A DNA stretch of 64,000 nt from Gemmatimonadales bacterium UBA2975 (GTDB taxonomy: Bacteria > Gemmatimonadota > Gemmatimonadetes > Longimicrobiales > Gaopeijiaceae). The stretch spans positions 131,792-195,791 of the forward strand of contig DEAT01000022.1 in NCBI GenBank assembly GCA_002348265.1. Reading direction: 5' to 3'. The position numbers and the translations under genes are program-made. The notes below the pieces were generated by a model, which saw only the letters and a list, made by a program, of their open reading frames with translations, had not been told where the DNA came from and did not search any database. Shown one piece after another: positions 27,406-37,532 of the stretch (within the stretch, counting starts at the first letter, position 1; each line of letters starts with the position of its first letter).

Positions 27406-28590
27406 TCAGCCCTCCAAAAACTCCATGATTTCTTCGTGGCGTGATGCTGCATCAGCCTCACCGATCTCCATAAGGGTACTTACGTAATCCTCTTGGAATA
27501 GGATGAGACTCAGGATGTCCGGTGAATCGGTTTCTCTTGTCCCCAAGCCCCGAGTGAGAAAGCGAATAGACCTAGGGAGCTTGATCTCGAATTGCGAGGC
27601 AAGCCTTCCGAGATCAACTGAGGGGCGGAGCACGAGTAGTTTGATCGGCTCTAGGCCATGACGCTGGCTCTCGGGGAGTGCTTCAACGAGACGATTTAGG
27701 CGTTCTAGGCGAAGCGCGTCGTGGTCCAGAAGATCCAGAAAGACCGCATTCAATAGGATGCCGGCCACCTGTGCAGGAGGAGGGTACCCACGGATGCTCG
27801 TATTATTGACTTCCTGCCTGCTCCGGTCGTAGCGATTTGAGATAGCTATTATTTTGCGAGCGCCTAGGTGGAGAACTGGCGCGAGCGGCGCGGTCAAGCG
27901 AATTCCCCCGTCTCCGTACCAATCGCCATCCAGTTGGATTGCCGGGAATAACAGAGGGAGTGCGGCAGATGCCATGATGTGGTTCACTGTGATGTTGGCT
28001 CTACGTGTCTCACGTTGTGGGCGTTCCCATGTCTCAATCTCACGACCCTGCAGCCATGTAACGGAAGACCCGGTCGAGTAGCTTGTTGTGGTAACGGCGA
28101 AGGCTTCGAGCCCACGGTGGTCGAGGTTGTACTGAACTCCGGTCAATTCGCGGTCCACGGCATGAAGCGCTTCGGACAGGTATGCGTCGAGTGGTGATGT
28201 GTCGACTAGGCTGCGGACGTTCAAGAGATCACTTCGGACGCCGCCACCGCCCAGTCTGCCGAGCCATCGGATACTGTTAAGCAATAGGGAGCGGGTGTCT
28301 ACACGAAAGACTTCGTCAACAGTGAGATCTCTCCAGAGGATTGAGAGCTCGTCGACAGCTTGAGCAAAGGTCCCGTGGTGGGAGGCCAGCACGGCTGCGT
28401 TGATCGCACCTGCCGAGACCCCGTGGATGAAGGGGATCTGGAGGTCTGGAGAATGCTTCGCGACATGACGCAGAAAGCCTACTTGGTAAGCTGCTCTGGC
28501 ACCGCCACCACCCATCACTAGCCCTAAGTCTCTGCGGGTATGCCTAGAGTGTGCCTCAGTCGTTCCCTTGCGAGAATCTAGGTTCTTCAT
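27406..28590 (-). CDS. Patatin-like phospholipase family protein
   Basis: The oxyanion motif is GGGGARAAYQVG, the nucleophile elbow is GVSAGAINA, and the catalytic Asp motif is GDGGIR. Confidence 0.85.
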   Translation of the reverse strand: MKNLDSRKGTTEAHSRHTRRDLGLVMGGGGARAAYQVGFLRHVAKHSPDLQIPFIHGVSAGAINAAVLASHHGTFAQAVDELSILWRDLTVDEVFRVDTRSLLLNSIRWLGRLGGGGVRSDLLNVRSLVDTSPLDAYLSEALHAVDRELTGVQYNLDHRGLEAFAVTTTSYSTGSSVTWLQGREIETWERPQRETRRANITVNHIMASAALPLLFPAIQLDGDWYGDGGIRLTAPLAPVLHLGARKIIAISNRYDRSRQEVNNTSIRGYPPPAQVAGILLNAVFLDLLDHDALRLERLNRLVEALPESQRHGLEPIKLLVLRPSVDLGRLASQFEIKLPRSIRFLTRGLGTRETDSPDILSLILFQEDYVSTLMEIGEADAASRHEEIMEFLEG

Positions 28591-28605
28591 CGGGTGTCCG
28601 TAGGA

Positions 28606-28998
28606 TCAGCCGATGATGGGGCGACCTATCGCCATGATACCAGCCGCTAGACATGCCAGCACAACAAGAGTCCCTATGAGGTGCGGAGTGAAGCTTTGGG
28701 CTTCAGGGGGGCGCCGCTTCATTACCCCGTGCACCACATGGGCTGTCACCACAGCAAGGACCATCATCATGATGTGTCCGGTGAGCTGAGGATAGAAATT
28801 GTCAGTGAAGATCACCACCAATAGCCCTAACAGGGCGGTTAGATCGACGACCCCAGTGAAGATCCCAGAGAGTATGCGCATACTTTTCCCATACTGACTC
28901 TTGGTTGCTAGCCCGTAAGCGGCATACGCAATAACAATGACGCCTGTTAACAGGACTAGATATCGGAAGCCGGAATGAGCGTGTAGAAGCATGGTCAA
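28606..28998 (-). CDS. Hypothetical four-helix membrane protein
   Basis: The 130-aa protein is entirely hydrophobic helices. It begins 15 nt downstream of the patatin gene on the same strand. No family was recognised. Confidence 0.5.
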   Translation of the reverse strand: MTMLLHAHSGFRYLVLLTGVIVIAYAAYGLATKSQYGKSMRILSGIFTGVVDLTALLGLLVVIFTDNFYPQLTGHIMMMVLAVVTAHVVHGVMKRRPPEAQSFTPHLIGTLVVLACLAAGIMAIGRPIIG

Positions 28999-29057
28999 TT
29001 GGTTAGTTGGGGAAATACTTAATCGCTTAGGTTGTGCGCTAATATTTTTGAGAACAT

Positions 29058-29720
29058 CTACCCTGAAATTTCAAGATTGATGCTGGTGAGACCGGGACCG
29101 ATCTCGACGGAGCGCGGTGCCTGGAAACCGCTTGCGGCGGTCCAAAGTTGCAGTGTGTATGTGCCTACGGGCACCGAGTCGAGAGCGAAGCTCCCGTCAG
29201 TCTGGGCGAAGACCGAGTGCGTTGCCTCGGATACGAAGATGAAAGCCGTCATGCCGGGATGCATGTCACAGATTACGTCGTAACCGCCCGCAGCCAAGAG
29301 TTGAACCACTAGTTGTTCGCCCGGATTGGCATCCGCATCGATAACGTCGATTGTATCACCGAACGCACGAAGACGCACATTATGGGAAAGATCGGACTCA
29401 CTGTTCGTGAAGGTGATAGGATCACCTTTGTCTGCTAGCAGATACCTAGGCGAAAAGGTTAGACCGAATTGGTCAATAGTGAATAGCGACGCTGTTTTTT
29501 CGATCTCCGGCGAGGCTCCTGCTGGAGAAAGCATGATCACGCTGGGTACACCACCTGATGCAGCCGGACTCTGACCGTGCACCCCTTGCATAGGCAGTGT
29601 CTCGATGGCATCCCCAGAGGTAGGGGCCCCTGAGGGTGGCATTTCGAAATCGCAGGCGGTTAGCATGACAAATATGCTTGGGACGATCAGCGTGCGTTGG
29701 AGGCGTTGCTGAGGTCTCAT
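29058..29720 (-). CDS. Lipoprotein with type-1 copper (cupredoxin/plastocyanin-like) domain and C-terminal CarboxypepD_reg-like beta-sandwich
   Basis: The lipobox is VMLTAC. The copper ligand pattern is SHNV ... CDMHPGM (His, then Cys-x2-His-x2-Met). The C-terminal DGSFALDSVPVGTYTLQLW is typical of the carboxypeptidase-regulatory fold. Confidence 0.68.
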   Translation of the reverse strand: MRPQQRLQRTLIVPSIFVMLTACDFEMPPSGAPTSGDAIETLPMQGVHGQSPAASGGVPSVIMLSPAGASPEIEKTASLFTIDQFGLTFSPRYLLADKGDPITFTNSESDLSHNVRLRAFGDTIDVIDADANPGEQLVVQLLAAGGYDVICDMHPGMTAFIFVSEATHSVFAQTDGSFALDSVPVGTYTLQLWTAASGFQAPRSVEIGPGLTSINLEISG

Positions 29721-29729
29721 GGTGTCTCT

Positions 29730-32700
29730 TTATCTTGGGTCTTCTCGCAGCTCACCAATCGCTTGGCTGAGTAACTCCTGTGCGTCTAGGAGCTGCTTTC
29801 GCTGAGTCTGAGTTGGAGGATAGAGGCTGCCCGGACGGACTCCGCCACCATTTAGTGCTCCGTATACCTGCTGTGCGAGGCGACGTGCCGTGCGCAGCAT
29901 CTCGCCAGGGGTACGGGGTGAGCCTGTTGGGTTACGAAAGCCGGAGTCACCTCTTGTCGAGTTTAAGTCGAAGTCTCTCATCGTCCGAGAGATCCGAGTC
30001 GTGAGAGCGATTGCATCGAGCATGAAGCGCTCCCGGTCCTCGTACATTTGTTGCGTCAGCATTGGCATCTCGGGATCACCACGGACTTCGACAACGTTTT
30101 TTGCATTTTGGTCGCCTGCCTGAATAGAGACTGTATACGTCCCTGGTGATACCCAGGGACCCCATGCCTCGATTGAGCGGGCTAGAACAGGACTGTTGTG
30201 CCTACTCCATTGGCCTGCGACATCAGGCCCGCCATGCCTGAGATCCCAGTGTACCCGGTGAGTGCCAGCGCTGCCCGGGACGGTCAGTTCTCGCACCAGG
30301 GTTCCGTCCGCTGCTTGGACCCTCATTGTCGCCCCATTTGTCGCGTTTATAAGTCTGTAGGTTACCTCAACTCCATCGACTGGGTTTGTCCCAGCGTATT
30401 TGTCTTGCCCTCTGTAAGACGTGTCCTTTTTCCAGAGCTTGATCGTCCCATTGGGGATCGAGAAGACTGTCACTGGATTGGTAGCGTCACTCCACTCAGC
30501 TATAGCGCGCGTATCGTCTAGGATCCACACACCTTGACCGTGTGACCCAATCACAAGGTCTTTCTCGCGAGGGTGGATCACCATGTCGTCGTAGTTCGTT
30601 GTTGGCAGGTTGGGCACTCGAGCCCAATTCTCTCCTGCGTCCGTGCTGACCAGGACGTGGTGTTCGGTGCCTACGAAGAGGGTACTGGGGTTGTCTGGGT
30701 GCTCCACGAGCACATTGACGGAACCCATCTCGGGCAGGTTCGCGTGCAGCGGTTCCCACGATGAACCGAAGTCATGTGTCCTGTACACGTACGGGCGGAA
30801 GTCACCGTCACGGTGTGCGTCAAAGGTAGCGTATGCGGTCCCTGCACTAGTGAATGACGCTACGATCCGACTGACGTACGTGCCGTCGGCAAGCCCCGGC
30901 ACGTTACTCGATACCTCGGCCCAAGTGGTACCACCGTTGCGACTCACTTGCAGGTTGCCGTCATCAAAGCCAACCCAGAGCACGTCAATATCGAGCGGTG
31001 ATTCGTCGAGTGTGACTGCCTCTCCGAAGGAACTGGTTCCGTCGTTTCGTGAGATCGTTATGTCTGCACCTAGAACATCCATGATCTGAAGAGTGTCCCG
31101 GTCTACTTGTCGACTCATGTCCTCGCTTGTTGACCAAGAGCCTCCTCGGTCTTCTGAAACGAAGAGGCTGTTGCCGGCGACGTAGAGCCGATCCGAGTCA
31201 TGCTGAGAAAGCATCATCGGTGATGTCCAGTCGAAACGGTATCTTTGGCCAACAGGAGGCTCCGGTGAGATGTCTAGCATGTCGCCAGTTTGTGTGTCGT
31301 ACCGGAAGTAGTTCCCGCCGTTTGAGCTACCGTAGCTGTAGCGGGCATCGTTTGGGTCGGCCTGCCAAAACATGCCGTCACCGAATCCGTTCTGCATCCA
31401 GTCGTCGTTGAGGATACCTGCCCATCGACGCGTTTCTGAGGGGCCGAAAAAGGAGTGGTTGTCCTGGAGTCCCCCATAGACCCAGTAAGGGTCACGCATG
31501 TCCACACCGATCGCATAGAATTGCGAGATTGGAAAATTATTGAGCTTTCGGAAGTTGATTCCGCGATCGTAGCTCTCATGAAGCCCCGCGTCGCCTGCGA
31601 GGAAGAGGTGCTCTGGATCGGAAGGGTTGATCCATAGTGAGTGGTGATCAGCGTGGATTCCTACGTCGTAGGTCGGGGCCAGAGCGATTTGGCTAAACGT
31701 TTCACCGCCGTCGTCACTGAAGTACGATCGGGTCGCGAGTGTGTACACGCGCTTGTCATCGTTCGGGTCGATGAAGATGTGCGAGTAGTACATCGGCCGA
31801 ATATTCTGCTGATTGACCCGTTTCCACGATAGACCTGCGTCTTCGGACCGGTAGACTCCTGATTGATTGTCTTCGGCTTCGACGATAGCCATGACGACGT
31901 CAGGGTTCGATTCAGCAACAGCAACTCCTATCCGTCCTAGGTCACCCTCGGGAAGCCCTGAGCCGAGGCGTGTCCAGTTTTGACCGCCGTCTGTCGATTT
32001 CCATATGCCACTGCCTGGGCCGCCTCCGTTGAAGCCCCAGGCGCGCCGGAGCCTTTGGTAGGTCGCGGCGTAAATGGTGTTGGGATTCCGCGGGTCCATA
32101 GCCATATCGATCACACCAGAGAACTGATCTACGAAGAGAACCTTCTCCCAGTTTTGGCCACCGTCGGTGCTCTTGAAGACCCCACGATGTTCTGATCCTG
32201 CCCAAAGATTCCCTACTGCGCCTAAGTACACGATGTCGGGATTTGTAGGGTGAATCACGATTCGACCGGTGTGCCTGGTTTGCTCCAGCCCGAGGTGTAT
32301 CCAGGTGTCACCTCCATCATTGGAGCGGTATATACCGTTCCCGTATGAGGACGACTGCCGGTTTTGTTGTTCGCCAGTCCCAGCGTAAATGATCTCAGGA
32401 TCCGATCGTGAGATGGCTATGTCCCCAAAGGTACTGACAGGTTTGTCGGCAAATACGTTTACCCATGTCTGCCCTCGGTTGGTGGACTTCCATAGCCCTC
32501 CGGAAGCCGTACCGACGAAGACGGTAGAGGGATCGGTAGGGAGCGCCTCTACGTCGTGGATCCGACCTCCGGTGACCGCTGGTCCTATCGATCGCGGATA
32601 CATGGATGACATCACTTCTGTTGTAATTGCAGCTTGGCCGCTCAAGGATGCAGCAGTTAACGGCGACAGGAACGTCCACGAAAAGAAGAAGATGGTGCTA

Positions 32701-32756
32701 GCGTGTCGTCGGTACTTATTTCTTTTAGGTGCGGGTATAGCTGACTTTTTCGTCAC
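29730..32756 (-). CDS. Secreted VPS10/sortilin-like BNR (Asp-box) repeat protein
   Basis: There are multiple Asp-box repeats (WKSTNRGQTW, YRSNDGGDTW, FKSTDGGQNW, WKSTDGGQNW, YRSEDAGLSW, SDDGGETF, VSEDRGGSW, VSRNGGTTW, RTHDFGSSW, VSTDAGENW) and a signal-like N-terminus. Confidence 0.8.
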   Translation of the reverse strand: MTKKSAIPAPKRNKYRRHASTIFFFSWTFLSPLTAASLSGQAAITTEVMSSMYPRSIGPAVTGGRIHDVEALPTDPSTVFVGTASGGLWKSTNRGQTWVNVFADKPVSTFGDIAISRSDPEIIYAGTGEQQNRQSSSYGNGIYRSNDGGDTWIHLGLEQTRHTGRIVIHPTNPDIVYLGAVGNLWAGSEHRGVFKSTDGGQNWEKVLFVDQFSGVIDMAMDPRNPNTIYAATYQRLRRAWGFNGGGPGSGIWKSTDGGQNWTRLGSGLPEGDLGRIGVAVAESNPDVVMAIVEAEDNQSGVYRSEDAGLSWKRVNQQNIRPMYYSHIFIDPNDDKRVYTLATRSYFSDDGGETFSQIALAPTYDVGIHADHHSLWINPSDPEHLFLAGDAGLHESYDRGINFRKLNNFPISQFYAIGVDMRDPYWVYGGLQDNHSFFGPSETRRWAGILNDDWMQNGFGDGMFWQADPNDARYSYGSSNGGNYFRYDTQTGDMLDISPEPPVGQRYRFDWTSPMMLSQHDSDRLYVAGNSLFVSEDRGGSWSTSEDMSRQVDRDTLQIMDVLGADITISRNDGTSSFGEAVTLDESPLDIDVLWVGFDDGNLQVSRNGGTTWAEVSSNVPGLADGTYVSRIVASFTSAGTAYATFDAHRDGDFRPYVYRTHDFGSSWEPLHANLPEMGSVNVLVEHPDNPSTLFVGTEHHVLVSTDAGENWARVPNLPTTNYDDMVIHPREKDLVIGSHGQGVWILDDTRAIAEWSDATNPVTVFSIPNGTIKLWKKDTSYRGQDKYAGTNPVDGVEVTYRLINATNGATMRVQAADGTLVRELTVPGSAGTHRVHWDLRHGGPDVAGQWSRHNSPVLARSIEAWGPWVSPGTYTVSIQAGDQNAKNVVEVRGDPEMPMLTQQMYEDRERFMLDAIALTTRISRTMRDFDLNSTRGDSGFRNPTGSPRTPGEMLRTARRLAQQVYGALNGGGVRPGSLYPPTQTQRKQLLDAQELLSQAIGELREDPR

Positions 32757-32796
32757 GGGACTGCCTCTTATCCTTTAAAACATTTTGGTTTACGGT

Positions 32797-33552
32797 CTAG
32801 CTTGCCTCTAAGGCTTCGCGGACGACCTCGATAACACCCTGGTCCATGTCTTTGGCCCCAATCATCCAATGCAGATAGTCCGGTGCTTCGGCTGCAACCT
32901 CCTGAAGAGGACGGCCTCGGTATTTTCCTCTCCTGAAGACACGCCCTTCTTCCTCAGGGCTGAACCAGCGTTCTAGCTCAGTGCTTGCACAGTATGAGTG
33001 CAAACCATCGATGCTACGAGGGAGATGCGAATAGCGCTCTATTTGTGCCCCTAGCACCGCTGCCGAGGTCCTAATGTCACCCAATGCCTCATGCGCGTCC
33101 TCGTGCTCACGGCCTAGATAAAAACGAGCTGCGGCTGAGAGATCTCTTGGTTCTTCCTTGTGAAAGATGTTCATCATGTCGACGACACGGCGTCCCTCCA
33201 TTGAGAAGGTCACGCCACAGCGCTTGAATTCCTCGATAAGCATTGGTATGTCGAAATTGCGAACATTGAACCCAGCTAAATCGCAGCCAGACAGGGTTTC
33301 TTCAAGAGAACGGGCTACTCGACAGAACTCAACTTCGTTCTCTACGTCTTGATCTGTGATTTTGTGGACAGCTGTTGCCGCTGCAGGAATCGGGATTCCT
33401 GGGTTGAACCTCCGCTCGCGCTCTATAACATCTCCCCGCGGCGTCCACTTTATGAACGCGATCTCAACGATACGGTCTTTCTTCACGTCGACGCCTGTGG
33501 TCTCGAGGTCGAAGAAGACCAGGGGCCGATCTAGCTGCAGGGGAAGTTTCAT
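32797..33552 (-). CDS. DEDDh 3'-5' exonuclease (DnaQ/ExoX-like) with ExoX-like C-terminal domain
   Basis: Exo I is VFFDLETTG, Exo II is LAGFNVRNFDIPML, and Exo III is HEALGDIRTSA. The C-terminal FRRGKYRGRPLQEVAAEAPDYLHWM matches the DUF3820/ExoX-C type tail. Confidence 0.85.
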   Translation of the reverse strand: MKLPLQLDRPLVFFDLETTGVDVKKDRIVEIAFIKWTPRGDVIERERRFNPGIPIPAAATAVHKITDQDVENEVEFCRVARSLEETLSGCDLAGFNVRNFDIPMLIEEFKRCGVTFSMEGRRVVDMMNIFHKEEPRDLSAAARFYLGREHEDAHEALGDIRTSAAVLGAQIERYSHLPRSIDGLHSYCASTELERWFSPEEEGRVFRRGKYRGRPLQEVAAEAPDYLHWMIGAKDMDQGVIEVVREALEAS

Positions 33553-33697
33553 GTGTCGTCGAAGGTAGCTGGCGCTAGCCGATTGAACTACTGAAACGCT
33601 AGCTTCGAACGTTCGTGAAGCGTTCCTGCGAATCGCGCGTTCCCGGGTTTTGGTGTCTTTCGTTTTTCTAGAGATCGTCAGCTACGGCCGAGCCTCC

Positions 33698-36628
33698 CTA
33701 TGCTGTTGTCTGGGCTTCTTCGCCGAGCGCTTCAATTATGACCGCGTTCTGTGATTCAGCGTGGCTCGATGTTTTTCCTTCAGCTGGGCTGGCGCGTTCG
33801 GGACGGGCTGCGTACGAGAGCGGCACTTTGCGGGGCACTATGGCTCTTAGCCGTGGCCCGATGAAGGTGAGTGCCCCCATGTTTCGGGGTTCTTCCTGAG
33901 CCCAGACGACCTCGGTTACGTTGGGGTATAGTTCGAGTAGGGATGCAATCGCCGGAGCTGGGAATGGGTATAGCAACTCGACCCGGCCAATCGCTACGTG
34001 ATTAGATTTCTTGCGAAGAGGGTGGCCCTGGATGTCGTAGTATACCTTGCCCGTGCAGAGCACGAGCCTGGTAACGGCAGCTGTATCTTCCACGTCTGGA
34101 TCGGCGATCACAAGTCTGAAGCCACCTTTGGTCAATTCGGAAACCTCAGAGGTTGCCATCGGGTGGCGCAGCAGGCTTTTCGGAGTCATCACGATCATGG
34201 GGCGCTCCGGACGTCGCAGTGCCTGGCGCCGAAGCATGTGAAAATACTGTGCGGGCGTAGTGGGGTAAGTGACCCGCATATTGCGTTCCGCACACAGCTG
34301 GAGAAATCGCTCAAGTCGGGCGCTTGAGTGTTCTGGCCCTTGGCCTTCAGCCCCGTGAGGAAGCAGGAGCGAGAGGCGAGAGTACTGACCCCATTTGGTC
34401 AGCCCGGATGAGATGAACTGGTCGATCATCACTTGGGCGACATTCACGAAATCACCGAACTGGGCTTCCCAGAGCACCACGTCAGTATCAGCTGCTACGG
34501 AGTAGCCGTATTCGAAGCCAATGACTGCCGTTTCAGTCAGGGGTGAGTTGTACGTTTCAAACCGAGCTTCCGACAGATTGTCGAGCGGTACGAACTCCTG
34601 ACCGGTTTCCGCGTCGTGCAGCACCACGTGGCGGTGACTGAATGTCCCCCGCTCTGCATCTTGGCCAGTTAGCCGAACGGGGATCCCTTCCCTGAGCAGG
34701 CTACCGAAGGCGAGCGCTTCCGCGTGACCCCAATCCAAAGATAGGTCAATCGAGAAGGTTTCTTTGCGCTTTCCTAGCTGGCGCCAGAGTTTTGGGTGAG
34801 GTGTGAAGCCTTCCGGGAGATCTACAGTCGCAGCATTGACTTCTTCAAGGACCTTAAGCGCCACTCCCGTTGTTTCAGGGACGACTGGGATTTCTCGTTC
34901 TGCATCAGGTGTGTCGTCCTCTGCTGGATCGAAGTCACGCACATTATCCTGTACATCGCGTAGATTCTGTGTGATCTCTTTTTGTATCGCTTGAATGTCG
35001 TCGGAAGTGATCACACCATCTGCGATCAGTCGTTCAGAATAGATTTGACTGACTGTCGGGTGTGCGCTGATGGATCTGTACTTCACTGGCTGAGTGTAGG
35101 CAGGTTCGTCCCCTTCATTGTGTCCGTGGCGTCGATAACCAACGAGGTCGATTACAAAGTCCTCGTGAAACTCGCGACGGTAAGCCATACCAAGCCTTAC
35201 TGCGGCGAGACAAGCCTCGGGGTCGTCCGCGTTAACGTGAATTATTGGGATGCCATAGCCCTTTGCCAGATCGCTCGAATAGAGCGTGGAGCGTCCCTCC
35301 ATCGGATCGGTTGTAAAGCCAATCTGGTTGTTCACGATGATGTGGACTGTTCCGCCCACTCTATATCCCTTAAGTCGAGCCATGTTAAGGGTTTCAGCAA
35401 CAACACCTTCTGCTGCGAATGCTGCGTCGCCATGCATCAACACGGGAACAACCGAGTCGTAGTCGACAGTCGACGCGCCCGCCACCTGGTCGGACTGCTT
35501 AGCTCTGGTCATACCAATAACAACAGGGTTTACGAACTCTAAGTGACTCGGGTTTGGGGCAAGCGTGACCCGCACTTTTCCGCCGCCATCCACATCTCTA
35601 GTACCACGAGCGCCGTGATGGTATTTCACATCACCCGTTCCTGCGACGTCTAGCTGTCCGCCCTTGAATGATGGGCCCTCAAACTCAGCGAGGAGTTCCC
35701 CATATGAGACACCCACCGTATGGGTCAGGACATTGAGGCGGCCCCTGTGAGCCATGCCGAGGACTACTTCCGCACCACCACCTCTCGCAGTTTCTTCAAT
35801 GACCAGGTCGAGCATAGGGACTAGGGTGTCATTGCCCTCAAGGCTAAATCGCTTCTGACCCAGATATGTCTTGTGAAGAAATTGCTCAAGGCCCTCCGCT
35901 TCGCAAATTCTACGGAGAAGGTTCTTCCTCTGTGCTGCACTTTGTTTGGGCAAGTGATTTCCAGCTTCGACCTGTCTCCATAGCCAGTCGACTTTTACAT
36001 GATCATCAAGGTGTTCGAACTCATAGCCGATCGATCCGGCATAGATGTCACCCAGATCGTTGAGAGCATCTGCGACGGATCGATCTCCGTTTTCATCGGG
36101 TAGGATTAATGAAGCGGGTAGCTTACCGAGTTCCTCAGCCGACGTCCCAAAGAATGCTGGAGAAAGCTGCGGATGTCCCGGAGGTTCAGACCCGAGAGGA
36201 TCGATAATTGCTAAACGATGTCCGTGGTCGCGAAATGCTTGCACAAGTGCGGTGGCCCGAGAGACAGCAGGTAAGAGCCCAACGAGCGCTCGTGCGTTTT
36301 CATCTAGGCTCTCTGCTGCCGGCCCCGACGGGGTTGCGGAGGCAGAAGGCGTACTTTGGGCCTTAGAAGGCGCAGAAGCGGGCTCTGCCTCTAGGCCTTT
36401 TGCTACCTCCGTGTGCGCATTTGAGTTTGTGAGTTGTTCTGGAGCTAGAAGACCTGTTGGGATAGCGACGTCGCCGTCTCTCTCAAATAGTTGACGCCAT
36501 TCTTTGGGCACAGCGTCTGGATTTCGAGCGTACTGCTCGAAAATCGCCTGAGCGTAGGCGGCGTTTTGGCTATCGAAAAGGGTGTCGTCCTGCACGTTTT
36601 GCCGGGCCCTGATTGATGAGGAACGCAT
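33698..36628 (-). CDS. sucA: 2-oxoglutarate dehydrogenase E1 component
   Basis: The N-terminal block is NAAYAQAIFEQYARNPDAVPKEWRQLF. GMAHRGRLNVL and HGDAAFAAEGVVAETLNM are also present, and the ~976-aa length fits. Confidence 0.9.
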   Translation of the reverse strand: MRSSSIRARQNVQDDTLFDSQNAAYAQAIFEQYARNPDAVPKEWRQLFERDGDVAIPTGLLAPEQLTNSNAHTEVAKGLEAEPASAPSKAQSTPSASATPSGPAAESLDENARALVGLLPAVSRATALVQAFRDHGHRLAIIDPLGSEPPGHPQLSPAFFGTSAEELGKLPASLILPDENGDRSVADALNDLGDIYAGSIGYEFEHLDDHVKVDWLWRQVEAGNHLPKQSAAQRKNLLRRICEAEGLEQFLHKTYLGQKRFSLEGNDTLVPMLDLVIEETARGGGAEVVLGMAHRGRLNVLTHTVGVSYGELLAEFEGPSFKGGQLDVAGTGDVKYHHGARGTRDVDGGGKVRVTLAPNPSHLEFVNPVVIGMTRAKQSDQVAGASTVDYDSVVPVLMHGDAAFAAEGVVAETLNMARLKGYRVGGTVHIIVNNQIGFTTDPMEGRSTLYSSDLAKGYGIPIIHVNADDPEACLAAVRLGMAYRREFHEDFVIDLVGYRRHGHNEGDEPAYTQPVKYRSISAHPTVSQIYSERLIADGVITSDDIQAIQKEITQNLRDVQDNVRDFDPAEDDTPDAEREIPVVPETTGVALKVLEEVNAATVDLPEGFTPHPKLWRQLGKRKETFSIDLSLDWGHAEALAFGSLLREGIPVRLTGQDAERGTFSHRHVVLHDAETGQEFVPLDNLSEARFETYNSPLTETAVIGFEYGYSVAADTDVVLWEAQFGDFVNVAQVMIDQFISSGLTKWGQYSRLSLLLPHGAEGQGPEHSSARLERFLQLCAERNMRVTYPTTPAQYFHMLRRQALRRPERPMIVMTPKSLLRHPMATSEVSELTKGGFRLVIADPDVEDTAAVTRLVLCTGKVYYDIQGHPLRKKSNHVAIGRVELLYPFPAPAIASLLELYPNVTEVVWAQEEPRNMGALTFIGPRLRAIVPRKVPLSYAARPERASPAEGKTSSHAESQNAVIIEALGEEAQTTA

Positions 36629-36687
36629 TCGTCATCGGCGACAGATAAGCTACCGTATTTCCCTTATAGTATGGAGACGGTTCGATC

Positions 36688-37503
36688 TTGTCTCTACGCT
36701 CGCTCAATATACACCCCCATTTTACGCGCATGGATTGTGTCCGAATTGTCACCGAGTTTACTGAATCAGAAATCTCTGCGCTTGTGCACCCAGAGTGGTT
36801 TGAGGCGTTTCCATGGCTTTTGCAAGGCACGACTACGCGAGGCTCAGCCGGTGCCCCGCCATTTGACTTCGGTCTTTTCGGAGAGACTAGCAGACCGCGA
36901 GAAGCACGGGAACGATGGAGTACGCTCCAACAGAGGCTCGGTGCTCGAGGAGTTGTGTATTCGCAACAGGTTCACGGGGCGGATGTTTGCGAGTACGAAG
37001 AGCACTCAAGTGGAATCAGTGGACTAGAGCTTGTAGATCCTTGTGATGGGCATGTCACTTCTACACCGGGACTTCTTCTTGCCGTCACTGCAGCCGATTG
37101 TGTGCCGGTTTTCGTGATCGATCCGGAGCGAAGGGCTGTAGCAGTTCTGCACGCCGGATGGCGCGGTGCGGCTGCGGGTGTGATCGAGTCTGGTGTAAAG
37201 AAAATGGCTTCGGCTTTTGCGAGCCGGGCAGAGGATCTCAGGCTACATATGGGTCCTGCGATTTGCGGTACGTGCTACGAGGTTGGTCCTGAGGTGTTTG
37301 CAGCGCTGCGGGAACCAGTCCCGGATCGTCCTGCACCCATCGATCTCCGACATGTGCTGGCAGAGCATGCGGTGCGGTTGGGGGTGAGTAGAGCCGCAGT
37401 CACTATCTCAGCACACTGCACAATATGCACAGAGTCAGGCTTGTTTTCGCATCGAAAAGGGCACAGGGAGCGCCAAGTTGGATACATCGGAGTTCTGGAC
37501 TGA
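36688..37503 (+). CDS. pgeF: Peptidoglycan editing factor PgeF / YfiH (DUF152 laccase-domain) family
   Basis: QVHGADV, VTAADCVPVFVID, LHAGWRGAAAGV, CGTCYEVG and LFSHRKGH are all present. Confidence 0.8.
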   Translation: MSLRSLNIHPHFTRMDCVRIVTEFTESEISALVHPEWFEAFPWLLQGTTTRGSAGAPPFDFGLFGETSRPREARERWSTLQQRLGARGVVYSQQVHGADVCEYEEHSSGISGLELVDPCDGHVTSTPGLLLAVTAADCVPVFVIDPERRAVAVLHAGWRGAAAGVIESGVKKMASAFASRAEDLRLHMGPAICGTCYEVGPEVFAALREPVPDRPAPIDLRHVLAEHAVRLGVSRAAVTISAHCTICTESGLFSHRKGHRERQVGYIGVLD

Positions 37504-37532
37504 TCGGGGGTTCACAGAGGGTGGGTCTTTGC

